A stretch of DNA of 41,122 nucleotides from Nemertoderma westbladi (lineage: Eukaryota; Animalia; Xenacoelomorpha), in assembly GCA_032718475.1 (NCBI GenBank), contig JAUCBJ010000157.1:1-41122 (forward strand). Reading direction: 5' to 3'. Made by a program: the position numbers and the translations under genes. The notes below the pieces were generated by a model. It worked only from the letters and a program-made list of their open reading frames with translations, was not told the origin of the DNA and made no database searches. Shown one piece after another: positions 11,533 to 23,500 of this stretch. The stretch's first letter is position 1. The number at the start of each line of letters is the position of its first letter.

Positions 11533-12289
11533 GAAAAATATCGAGACTTGAATAATATCGAGAGTAAAAATAACGAGAGTAAAAATATCGAGAGTAAAAA
11601 TAACGAGTGTTGAAAATTAACGTGATTAAAAAATATCGAGAGTAAAAATAACACGAGATGAAAAATATCGAAAATAACGAGTGTTGAAAAATATCGAGTG
11701 TTGAAAAATATCGAGAGTAAAAATATCGAGTGTTGAAAAATATCGAGAGTAAAAATATCGAGTGTTGAAAAATATCGAGAGTAAAAATATCGAGTGTTGA
11801 AAAATATCGAGAGTAAAAATATCGAGTGTTGAAAAATAACAAGTGTTGAAAAATATCGAGAGTAAAAATATCGAGTGTTGAAAAATATCGAGTGTTGAAA
11901 AATATCGAGAGTAAAAATATCGAGAGTAAAAATATCGAGTGTTGAAAAATATCGAGAGTAAAAATATCGAGTGTTGAAAAACATCGAGAGTAAAAATATC
12001 GAGTGTTGAAAAATATCGAGAGTAAAAATATCGAGTGTTGAAAAATATCGAGAGTAAAAATATCGAGTGTTGAAAAATAACAAGTGTTGAAAAATATCGA
12101 GAGTAAAAATATCGAGTGTTGAAAAATATCGAGTGTTGAAAAATATCGAGAGTAAAAATATCGAGAGTAAAAATATCGAGTGTTGAAAAATATCGAGAGT
12201 AAAAATATCGAGTGTTGAAAAACATCGAGAGTAAAAATATCGAGTGTTGAAAAATATCGAGTGTTGAAAAATATCGAGAGTAAAAATAT
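11533..12289. repeat. 15/17-bp minisatellite (AAAAATATCGAGAGT / AAAAATATCGAGTGTTG)
   Basis: Mixed 15- and 17-bp units, degenerate at the left edge, with an internal 241-bp duplication. Confidence 0.97.
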
Positions 12290-12380
12290 TGCATTTTACT
12301 TGAGCATTTTATTTAGAATTATGGAACAATATTGCAGTGCATGGGTTACAACAGTGCAAGTGAATGGCATTATGTACAGT

Positions 12381-13569
12381 TGTTCGCGCTTTCAGACCTT
12401 TAGCAGTTTAACCTGCCAAATTTGGATGTCTTCTAGATTATAAATCGACTTTAGCCTATGACGGGTATTAGACATTAGATACACTACATTAGCCGAAGCC
12501 AGTCTATGCGCGACCATTCACCCGCTGGATATACCCGGGAGACTGGATTCGGAAGCTTTGACCTTATTGCGGTGTAGGCCTACTGTATTATTCGACTGAT
12601 CGTTAATATATAATCTCTGACAAATATTATTCACTTTCGGGAAATATTAACAGTTCCTTTAGGACGTGGCGCTCCAAATATGTAAACAGAGTTATGACTT
12701 ACACTAGACACAACGGGATGGCTATTGATTCACGTATAAAGCGCATTCTTTAGGAGATGCTTTGTTATCAGTCACAATCATGCACACTACCGCACAATAC
12801 TGCACACCGATCTGCCGACCTTCACTAATTTTAGTCACATATAAAGAGAACAGCAACCGACACATGTAGTGCCTATGAAATAGCATTAGATTCACTCCAA
12901 AACCAATATAATGTAAGTCGCAATTGTTATATGTAACCGGTCTCTTACCTTCAGTATATCAAGAAGATTGGGGGTTTTATGATTATTTATCGATATTATC
13001 CAAATATAATAATATTCCATCAACTGATATAATTAATAACCGACATTAAATAGCAGTAAAAATGCGGTGTTTGTAGGTGACAATATGATTTGTGTTGAGT
13101 TGATATGGTTTGATAACAGTTATACGTTTCTATGACCAAAGCCTACTAATGTTTGGCTAAAGTCTGAAACTTCCACAGAAGTACAGAAGAATCCTAAGCC
13201 GGTGTTCTGGGCTCAGGAAAAAATACACACACTGACTCAATTGCATGAGTTTCTGTATACAATCTCCAACACAGAGTGAAAACCGCTCTGATTGGTCGAC
13301 CGAACAAAGAACGAACAAAGAACAAAGAAAAAGTTACACATGGACACAGCTGATAGATGTCGTCATCTTAGTTCCGATGTTTAGAGTATTTGGCTTATTG
13401 CGACATAAAATCGCTAGTTATGTCCGCTAAAGTACACATACAGAAGAAATGGCTTTTTATGTCCACTAAAACACCGGTACAGTAAGGAAACGGCTTTTTA
13501 TGTCCGTTAAAACAACTACAGAGTACTTTGCGGGGAAAATAACCAGCTAATTCCGCAAAAGCCTTTACA
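12381..13569 (-). repeat. Putative 3' LTR of copy B (~1189 bp)
   Basis: Minus strand reads TGTAAAGG... (13569) to ...GCGAACA (12381), preceded by GGGAGCGG. Contains ~40-bp U3-like repeats (TATGTCC at 13419, 13458, 13499). Only the 12381-13198 part has a second copy in the window. Confidence 0.55.
13231..13296 (-). promoter_or_regulatory. Candidate LTR promoter: CCAAT box, TATA-like element, initiator
   Basis: Minus strand has ACCAATCAGAG (CCAAT at 13295-13291), TATACAG (13259-13253) and TCAGT (13235-13231) in the expected order. Motif evidence only. Confidence 0.4.
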
Positions 13570-13577
13570 CCGCTCCC
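13570..13577 (-). other. Candidate polypurine tract of copy B
   Basis: GGGAGCGG directly abutting TGT, a typical arrangement for BEL/Pao 3' LTR starts; short and imperfect. Confidence 0.45.
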
Positions 13578-13647
13578 AGAAAATGGGATTTGAGTCTATA
13601 AAATATACAAAATCACAGTTTCTAAAATATAAAAATACTCTAAACAG

Positions 13648-14383
13648 TTAGTCTTTCTTGCGCGGACGGCATTTACGCAGCCTTTTGAGGCTAGCAAGAG
13701 TCCTTTTCTCTTTGGGGCGAGCCACTTTACTAGGAGGGCTATAACTCATGGGTAAAGGGTGCAATACAATTGCATCGGAAGGTTTAGGGTTACGGTCGAT
13801 GTCTCGTCCATTTCGATATGCTTCTCCTCGAGCTGATTTTCCTCAGCTTATCGTTGGATGCGTTCGTCCAAGTTCGATATCTTCTTAGAGATTCTGGATT
13901 TCCTGATCGAACTGAGATAAAGCTAATTCGTTTACCGCTTGGACTTGCTGCTGCAATTTACGTTTTTCTAAACAACTATAGGTTCCTTTTCCGATCTTTT
14001 GACGAATAGTGTCCAACACGTTTCATACAACTCTCTCCTCCGCCTTGGTGACAGGTTGTATCGGGTTAAACAGGGACAATGATACGGTTGAATGGCGATA
14101 TTAGATGTCCGCGTCCCAATCCGGCTAGGTAAGATGGGCGAATATCTAGGGAGCCCACAACCGCTAGATCTTTGAACAGTGAGTACAGTTCGGGAGGATC
14201 CGTGATACTATTAGGATCAAGAGTCTGAGGTCTAACTAGGGAATGAGGAGGTCTGACCGAGTATTCCGGAACTCTGATCATAGGTTTATTTAAGGATCGT
14301 TTGAATCGAGCGAGCGTAGGTGATACATCGAACAAGTTTCGCTCGAAACTAAAAGCTAGCAGTAGAATTAGGGTAATTCTCAT
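13648..14383 (-). pseudogene. Decayed accessory ORF between polyprotein and 3' LTR
   Basis: 105-aa ORF (hydrophobic N-terminus, RFKR) continues after a frameshift as ...LDTIRQKIGKGTYSCLEKRKLQQQVQAVNELALSQFDQEIQNL*...RPKEKRTLASLKRLRKCRPRKKD* with three internal stops. GC-richer than the AT-rich flanks. Confidence 0.4.
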
Positions 14384-14662
14384 GCATACAGATCTGGGAT
14401 GCTATTTAATAGTAATTCTTTAATTGTCAATATTCCTCTTTATACATGATTTTATGAATTTTATCGGCTATTGACTATATGTTGGAGATTCTCGCACACA
14501 AATACACTTAATAGGGTGAATCTCCGCTCCCATGATCTCTTAATTAATGGAATTTTGGGAATGTTATAAATTGTATAAAAATGACAATTTATCAAATTCA
14601 TTAAAATATGAATTTAAATTTATTCCCGTAAATTTTATTATTTAATATTAAATAGACACAAT

Positions 14663-15020
14663 TTTATTCCAGAACATGTCTGGGGACTAGGATCCTTGAT
14701 TCTAGGAAATTTGTCCTTTTAAGAGTATCGGTAAGTGCTACGATATCTTAATAGACTAGAATTTTAAAGGATCTAAAATTTTACAGATTTTAATTTATAG
14801 ATTTTAAGTTAACTTGTAAGTAGTTACTCTATTGTATCTGTTTGACAGATTTTATAAATATTAATAGTTAATATTTAAGATGGGCACCGGTTTATTCCAG
14901 AACATGTCTGGGGACGTTAACCACTGATTCTAGAATTTTGTCTTTCAAGTATATCGGTGGGTGCCGCGATATCTTAATCGACTAGAATTGCAGATGGTCA
15001 AAGGGTTTAACAGATTTATT
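14663..15020. repeat. 228-bp-period diverged duplication in the 3' region of copy B
   Basis: TTTATTCCAGAACATGTCTGGGGAC at 14663 and 14891, followed by ~100 bp of alignable sequence. Confidence 0.85.
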
Positions 15021-15543
15021 TTGCGTTATACGCTACTGTTAAAGGGACATCACGCTACTATATGTATTATTTAATATACGGTATGAGAGCAATATCGCAC
15101 GAAGCAATGTCAGTGAGAAGAGGCAAGTCGTTTCCAAGGTCTACCCAGAGCTTGGTTTAGCCGAGACACGAGGATCTGAATTTTGCATTCCTAATACTCT
15201 ACTTTACCAATAATACTTGAATATAGTAGGAGCTTTATTGTACTTTAATAAGCATGGATATTTCATCTTACTGTAGTCACGTATTTGTAATGTAATACGG
15301 ACAGTAAGGAAAGAGAAAAAGAATTATTTCTCGCCGTCGCTCTAAATATATAATATATAAGTAATTAAGTAATAAACACTAATATATATTGCACTAATCT
15401 ACTAAATAATCGCTAAAATAACATTCTACTAAATAAAATTAAAGAAAACGATTATAATAAAATTACATAATAATACATACATAAATATAAAATAATAAAA
15501 ACAAATATAAAATAATATAGTCACACACCCACTCCAGACGCTG

Positions 15544-18500
15544 TTACGTTGGGGAGTCCCTAGATGTTTGTTGGATTAGGGAGGTGGTCGTGGGAAGAGT
15601 ATCTTGCCTTCCATAGTTTCCGGACAGTTCTCGGCCTCTTTCCAGTAAACATAAACGACCAACTGGGCGATTGAGTTGTTGTGTTTCGAATACAATTCCA
15701 GGTTTCCTCTTCGTCCTGGAATAGTGACGATAGAAACATCGCTTCAAATACACGACGGCCTTACAAAGCCGATTCCAGGATCTATAGTGGTCCATCGCTC
15801 CCGGCAGGAGAGGTGAGAGTCCCGGCGAGACGTCTGGTGTTCCAGATCTCCAGTCTCTCTCTCTGATCTCCACAACAGATCGGTTCGCGGTGGGGGAGTT
15901 TAGATCCACAGCGTCGTCCCTGGCAATGTGTAGTACAGACAGATCTATCACGGGTTTAAATAACCTTGATTTACTCGTCCGGGTTTTAGGTTTGACTTTC
16001 TCCGCTCCCTTGGCTTGTCTAATCTCAGCCGTGGTAAGATGGGGAGGCCATTCATCTTCTTTACTTAGGAAGTCGGGTCCACCTAACCAGTCTGGAGTAT
16101 CTGTCAGTTCTTGAGGAGTTGCTCCTCTGGAAGCGATGTCGGCTAGATTAATCGTCTCGGGGCAATATCTCCATTGATCTACATTGGAGTTAATATCGTC
16201 ATTATCTGAGGAGTATGGTGTTCCCTCAGTTGGGTCGTCTACCTCACTGCTCTCCGCTTCCCATTCACTTACTTGGTATACCTGTTCTTTTGGTAACCTT
16301 TCCATGAGAGTTCTACGGGAAGGGCCAGTAAAGTACCAACCTACTCTAGTTCTTCCCGCATAGGCTTGTAGTGGTTGCGGTTGAGCAGGCCGTTTCTCCA
16401 ATGTCTCAAGCGCCTCATGCGCATTTTGGCCGATGAGTATTTGCACTCCAGGGTAATCTGTGTTGAATCTAGGTATATTAAGCTGCTGGGTGAAATCGTC
16501 CTCATCCCAGTTATAAGGTTCTACTTGGCTGGTAGCGAAGTTCTTTATCGCCACCATTTTTACTGACCTTATGCTGTGTTCTCCTAGTTCATCCTGGGGG
16601 GTGGACAACGCACCTACATAATAATCCGCTATTACTGTAGATTTCCAAACCTGCATAATTCCTGACATGTTTAACTTAGTTCGGAACTTGGGTTGTCCAG
16701 CAAAGATGTCTTCGGCTAGTTCTTTGTCGATGAATGTTCCTGTGCTACCGGAGTCAAGGAGGGCGTTCACTATATAACTCCTTTTAGGTCCGTGGACCCT
16801 CAACTGCACTACGGGAAATTCTCGGATTCCTACATTGGAAGTTGGTGCTTTCCAAGATGGTTGTCGGTCAGAAGTAGTTAGGGGGAGCTCGCTGTCGGTG
16901 TCCTTTTCATACGTAAGTGCTCGATACACTGCGGTATTTATCAGGTAACAGGATTCGTTTTCGTCGGAGAATTCGTCCGTATAGAATCCTTCCATCTCAG
17001 AACTTTGGTCAGTGTCGTTCACATCACTGAATTGGACATGTAGTTCGGACTCACTTACCTGACTCGGGCTGTTTCGCTCGAATTCAGTGTGCAACAAGAT
17101 ATGATGTTTTGCACCGCACTTTGCACACCTTGCGTCGGAGTAACAGGTTCGCCGTTGGTGTCCTTGTCTGAGGCAATTATAACACAACCGCTTATCCCAC
17201 ATGACTTCACGTCTATCCTTTAATGATTTCTTTAGGAATTCATCACACACATTCAAACGGTGGGGCCCGTCACACAGCGCACATTTCGGTTTGATGTTAC
17301 TTACCTTATTTTGAGTAACGTTGTGCACACTCGTTCTTTCTTCGGGCTTTCTTACATGAATTCTCTTAGGAGACGTAGGAGGAGTTTTTCTTACCTGTTC
17401 TCTCCTGTCATTGGTTCGAGACTTGAATTTACTTACGTCCTTAGGCGCTTTGTTGTCATAGTAAGATCTTTCAGTGTCTTTCCCGCTGTCTTCCTCTTGA
17501 GAAGCCTGGCTTTCGCCGTCGTCTGTATAACACACTGGTATTACCTTTCTCCTAGAAACGGGTTTCTCACTTACCTTATTTTCCGGTGTCTTCTCTCTGG
17601 ACTGCTTTAGGAGCTGTAATTTTACCTCTCCATCTAAGAATGACATGAGATCAGCCATGGTAGGATCTCTTCGTTGTTGTTCCATCATATATAACACTGT
17701 CTTGTCCCAGCGTGTACCTACTCCGCCCTTGGGCAAATTAGATGCTAAGGCTCCTACAACCATAGAATTCTGGTATTCATGAGACTTACCTAACCAATCT
17801 AGTTGTCTACAGATCTCCTGAATCTCGTCGGAAAACTCTATAATCCCGCTGCTAAGAAACTTTCGGGGCGCCATTAATTTCGCATATAAATACCTAGCTA
17901 TGTTAGTCCTATTACCATACCTGATGTTCAGTGTATCCCAAACTTGTCTTAATCCATCTGGATGTCCAATAAACTTTAACGCCATTAACTTGGGAGATCC
18001 TTCCAAGCACTCGATGAGGAATCTCAGTTTCTCTCCGTTAGATAGCACAGAGTTCTGTATGTTATCTTTGTAATATTCATTAAAAGGTAACCATTTCATC
18101 TCATCTCCATTGAACTTGACGATCTCTCCCACCTTTACCGCTTGACGGGCTTCGGTTCTAGCCATTTGACGCGTAAAACTTTCTTGGGCCATCGTGTTAT
18201 TTAATATCGAGTTATCGGTATATAAATTTCTCGGATTATGATCAGGTCTATATGGAATATCATTGTCAACAGGTTTATAATTACCCTTAATAGGGTTTAC
18301 TATTGGAGTTTCCACTTCACTAGCAGTATAGATGCGTGTAGGCTCCACACCTTGCGCATGAAATACTTCAGACCTAACAGGTTGACACATTGTTACAGGG
18401 GGTGGTGGTATACCCTTTTGTGTATTTACTAATTTATCGCGTTCTAACGCGATACTTTGCTGCACTTCTTGCAACTCTAACCTACTTTCCCTTACTGTTC

Positions 18501-20436
18501 CCTTAAACTGATGAACAGTCTCCTGCATCTGCCCGAGCAGGAGATTCATCCCCCGCCGCCCCTCATCCACCCACTCGACCGCTGAAGCGGGAGCCGCCAA
18601 CATAGTAGCGGGTGAGCGAGAGACGACGGGCGATAAATTCTTGATCTCTCGCTCGGCGTCCAGGACGGGTTCGGACTCAGGAACAGCCCTACTGGGCACA
18701 GGTAGTTTAGTACTGTGCAAAGGGAATTTAGAGGTAGGTTCTGGGAGTACAGGTGTCTCTATCACCGAAGGGGTGGCTTCGAGAACAGGCCTAATTATTT
18801 CAGGTTCATCTACTATAGTAGGGAGTCTTTCTACTTTAATAATTTGGTCTGTGAGTTCTGTACTACCTAAGTCTGTGCTAGCTAGTTGCCTTCTAACAGC
18901 TGGGGGCAAATCAGGCAATTTCTGACGGTGGGACATTCTTCTACGCCTACTTAGACGAGATCTATTTCCTCCGCCTTCAGGATCGGTGGTATCGCCTTCA
19001 TCAGAGGATGTAAATCCCTGTCTTTTGGGAGTAGATCATCTCATCATCTGCATTTGACTAGCTGTTAACTGTTTATTTATGCAGTCTTGATTCTCTTGAA
19101 TATTTTCCAACTCTAGTTGGGTGGTCTCTTCAGATGCTCTTCATTCTGCTTCTGCCACTGCTATCTTTCTTTCCGCTTCTGCCGCTGCCGCTTTTACCTC
19201 TGCCGCTGCCTCTGCCGCCTTTCTTTCCTCTTCTGCCGCTGCCATTGCCGCTGCTGCTGTCTTTCTGTCTTCTATACGTTTTTTCTTTACTTGTTCTTCT
19301 TGGACCCTAGCGATGCGGAGCCTTTCATCAAATTTAGCTTGGTTCGCAGCTATCATATCCGCATCGACTGCGTCCAACACAAGCTTGGCTCCTTCACTAT
19401 TAGGGCTAAGTCCATCCAGCCTTCTCCTCAACTCTTCATCACCTACAAAGCGTTGATAGTCTGACAGATAGATGTCAATAGCATCCCTCTTATGCGGTTT
19501 CTCTGCTGTCGCTTCGCTTTCCACTTGGGAAAAGGTAGCGTCTGTTGATTCTCCATGGGTTGAGCGCTCAGCCAGCTGAGCTTTCCACTGGGCCGTTCCT
19601 TGAACCTGGAGACTCACCCGTTGAAACCAAGTCTTTACGGCAACTTGCAACGACGTGTCTTGTCTTCTTTTTGAAGCTTCCTCAAAGGCCGATAAGATTA
19701 GTCTGATTCTTAGAATTCTTTCTCTAACTTGATAAAGCAGCTCTCCCTGCTCTTGAGGTCCTTGGGGTTGTCTAAACAGTTGTTCCTCCAATCGCTCCAT
19801 AGAGCTGAAGAATCCCTGTACGTATCCTGCTGCGGACCTCTTCCACACAGCTGGATCGCTGGTTTCCTTTGTCACTCCCATCCTGTGTATGTCTTCCCAG
19901 GCAGCCTCCAATAAGTCAAACGGGAGTCCGGGTCCGGGGAAGTTCCATTGCGACTCGACAATAGACTTCAGTTCTTCCCTTGTGTATCCCGCAAAACTAT
20001 CCTTGGTTGATCGCTTACTTCTCGCCCAATCAATCTGGTGTTCCTCCACCGCAATCAATACCCTAGTGAGTATGGCTGCAGGAAGGATGAGAAGGGGATC
20101 CGAATAAACCGCATCTGCCATCTTTGCTCCGCGCTCGGGTGTCAGCTCTACAGTATCCGCACTACTGGAGCTGTCGGGCCGCTGAGAAATAAGTTCTCGG
20201 CTCGAGTGTTGCTGCTGTTCCTCTGCTTCTTGGTCTCGCTTGACTTGAGCTCGAGTGCCTATGATAGACCTACGGTGTTGGACTAGCCTAGGGTCTGATA
20301 TTACTACTGGAGGGATGATCTTTCTTACAGTAGGAGGTGAGTTGAACTTCGGTCTCACACGTTCCACACTCCTATCTGGGTCACAGATGGTTGTATCTAG
20401 GAAACTGTCTGACAGGTTTTGCTTTGTGTCAGACAT
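15544..20436 (-). pseudogene. BEL/Pao Gag-protease polyprotein lacking RT and integrase core; one frame with two internal TGA stops (track ORFs 19141-20436 and 15544-18936)
   Basis: The two track ORFs share a frame (starts 1500 nt apart), with TGA at 19143-19141 and 19038-19036. Motifs: DUF1759-like KFNGD..KWLPF...EKLRFL...RYGN; CxxC-H-C, CxxCxxxxHxxxxC and CxxCxxxHxxxxH knuckles; protease LLDSGS...ILIG...TRVGW; RNase H tail WRYCPETINLADIASRG...WLGGPDFL...WP; integrase tail RPVGRLCLLE. Confidence 0.88.
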
Positions 20437-20597
20437 GTTGGTTTGTACAGTTGAATGCCTACTGCTATATTACAGTTAAAGCAAGTCTAGTAATTCAGTA
20501 TCAACTGTTAGCCTAGTAATTAATTACTGTTACTCAGTGTAACGTGATATATATATAATATATTAGAATACCGGTATGCTTATAGTATATATATAAG

Positions 20598-23500
20598 GAA
20601 TAATGTGTTCTATCTTGTAAAAGTGGCCGCTCTCCACTACTGTAGTGTATCAACAACCAGAGAGAATAATGTGTTCTATCTTGTAAAAGTGGCCGCTCTC
20701 CACTACTGTAGTGTATCAACAACCAGAGAGAATAATGTGTTCTATCTTGTAAAAGTGGCCGCTCTCCACTACTGTAGTGTATCAACAACCAGAGAGAATA
20801 ATGTGTTCTATCTTGTAAAAGTGGCCGCTCTCCACTACTGTAGTGTATCAACAACCAGAGAGAATAATGTGTTCTATCTTGTAAAAGTGGCCGCTCTCCA
20901 CTACTAACTGTGGTGTATCAACAACCAGAGAGAATAATGAGTTCTATCTTGTAAAAGTGGCCGCTCTCCACTACTGTAGTGTATCAACAACCAGAGAGAA
21001 TAATGTGTTCTATCTTGTAAAAGTGGCCGCTCTCCACTACTGTAGTGTATCAACAACCAGAGAGAATAATGTGTTCTATCTTGTAAAAGTGGCCGCTCTC
21101 CACTACTGTGGTGTATCAACAACCAGAGAGAATAATGTGTTCTATCTTGTAAAAGTGGCCGCTCTCCACTACTGTAGTGTATCAACAACCAGAGAGAATA
21201 ATGTGTTCTATCTTGTAAAAGTGGTCGCTCTCCACTACTGTAGTGTATCAACAACCAGAGAGAATAATGTGTTCTATCTTGTAAAAGTGGCCGCTATCCA
21301 CTACTGTGGTGTATCAACAACCAGAGAGAATAATGAGTTCTATCTTGTAAAAGTGGCCGCTCTCCACTACTAACTGTGGTGTATCAACAACCAGAGAGAA
21401 TAATGAGTTCTATCTTGTAAAAGTGGCCGCTCTCCACTACTGTAGTGTATCAACAACCAGAGAGAATAATGTGTTCTATCTTGTAAAAGTGGCCGCTCTC
21501 CACTACTGTAGTGTATCAACAACCAGAGAGAATAATGTGTTCTATCTTGTAAAAGTGGTCGCTCTCCACTACTGTAGTGTATCAACAACCAGAGAGAATA
21601 ATGTGTTATATCTTGTAAAAGTGGCCGCTCTCCACTACTGTAGTGTATCAACAACCAGAGAGAATAATGTGTTCTATCTTGTAAAAGTGGCCGCTCTCCA
21701 CTACTGTAGTGTATCAACAACCAGAGAGAATAATGTGTTCTATCTTGTAAAAGTGGCCGCTCTCCACTACTGTAGTGTATCAACAACCAGAGAGAATAAT
21801 GTGTTCTATCTTGTAAAAGTGGCCGCTCTCCACTACTGTAGTGTATCAACAACCAGAGAGAATAATGTGTTCTATCTTGTAAAAGTGGCCGCTCTCCACT
21901 ACTGTAGTGTATCAACAACCAGAGAGAATAATGTGTTCTATCTTGTAAAAGTGGCCGCTCTCCACTACTGTAGTGTATCAACAACCAGAGAGAATAATGT
22001 GTTCTATCTTGTAAAAGTGGCCGCTCTCCACTACTGTAGTGTATCAACAACCAGAGAGAATAATGTGTTCTATCTTGTAAAAGTGGCCGCTCTCCACTAC
22101 TGTAGTGTATCAACAACCAGAGAGAATAATGTGTTCTATCTTGTAAAAGTGGCCGCTCTCCACTACTGTAGTGTATCAACAACCAGAGAGAATAATGTGT
22201 TCTATCTTGTAAAAGTGGCCGCTCGCCACTACTGTGGTGTATCAACAACCAGAGAGAATAATGTGTTCTATCTTGTAAAAGTGGCCGCTCTCCACTACTG
22301 TGGTGTATCAACAACCAGAGAGAATAATGTGTTCTATCTTGTAAAAGTGGCCGCTCTCCACTACTGTGGTGTATCAACAACCAGAGAGAATAATGTGTTC
22401 TATCTTGTAAAAGTGGCCGCTCTCCACTACTGTAGTGTATCAACAACCAGAGAGAATAATGTGTTCTATCTTGTAAAAGTGGCCGCTCTCCACTACTGTA
22501 GTGTATCAACAACCAGAGAGAATAATGTGTTCTATCTTGTAAAAGTGGCCGCTCTCCACTACTGTAGTGTATCAACAACCAGAGAGAATAATGTGTTATA
22601 TCTTGTAAAAGTGGCCGCTCTCCACTACTGTAGTGTATCAACAACCAGAGAGAATAATGTGTTCTATCTTGTAAAAGTGGCCGCTCTCCACTACTGTAGT
22701 GTATCAACAACCAGAGAGAATAATGTGTTCTATCTTGTAAAAGTGGCCGCTCTCCACTACTGTAGTGTATCAACAACCAGAGAGAATAATGTGTTCTATC
22801 TTGTAAAAGTGGCCGCTCTCCACTACTGTAGTGTATCAACAACCAGAGAGAATAATGTGTTCTATCTTGTAAAAGTGGCCGCTCTCCACTACTGTAGTGT
22901 ATCAACAACCAGAGAGAATAATGTGTTCTATCTTGTAAAAGTGGCCGCTCTCCACTACTGTAGTGTATCAACAACCAGAGAGAATAATGTGTTCTATCTT
23001 GTAAAAGTGGCCGCTCTCCACTACTGTAGTGTATCAACAACCAGAGAGAATAATGTGTTCTATCTTGTAAAAGTGGCCGCTCTCCACTACTGTAGTGTAT
23101 CAACAACCAGAGAGAATAATGTGTTCTATCTTGTAAAAGTGGCCGCTCTCCACTACTGTAGTGTATCAACAACCAGAGAGAATAATGTGTTATATCTTGT
23201 AAAAGTGGTCGCTCTCCACTACTGTGGTGTATCAACAACCAGAGAGAATAATGTGTTCTATCTTGTAAAAGTGGCCGCTCTCCACTACTGTAGTGTATCA
23301 ACAACCAGAGAGAATAATGTGTTATATCTTGTAAAAGTGGCCGCTCTCCACTACTGTGGTGTATCAACAACCAGAGAGAATAATGTGTTCTATCTTGTAA
23401 AAGTGGCCGCTCTCCACTACTGTAGTGTATCAACAACCAGAGAGAATAATGTGTTCTATCTTGTAAAAGTGGTCGCTCTCCACTACTGTAGTGTATCAAC

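Larger units (their letters stand above)
12381..20597 (-). mobile_element. Non-autonomous BEL/Pao-derived LTR element, copy B (5' end replaced by satellite)
   Basis: Gag-PR polyprotein with BEL/Pao motifs, long 3' region, candidate PPT and 3' LTR. Leader homology to copy A stops at 20597, where the 66-bp array starts. Confidence 0.75.

Noticed and set aside
14672-14681. Perfect p53 half-site GAACATGTCT in both 228-bp units
   Set aside because: No good adjacent second half-site; explained by the local palindrome.
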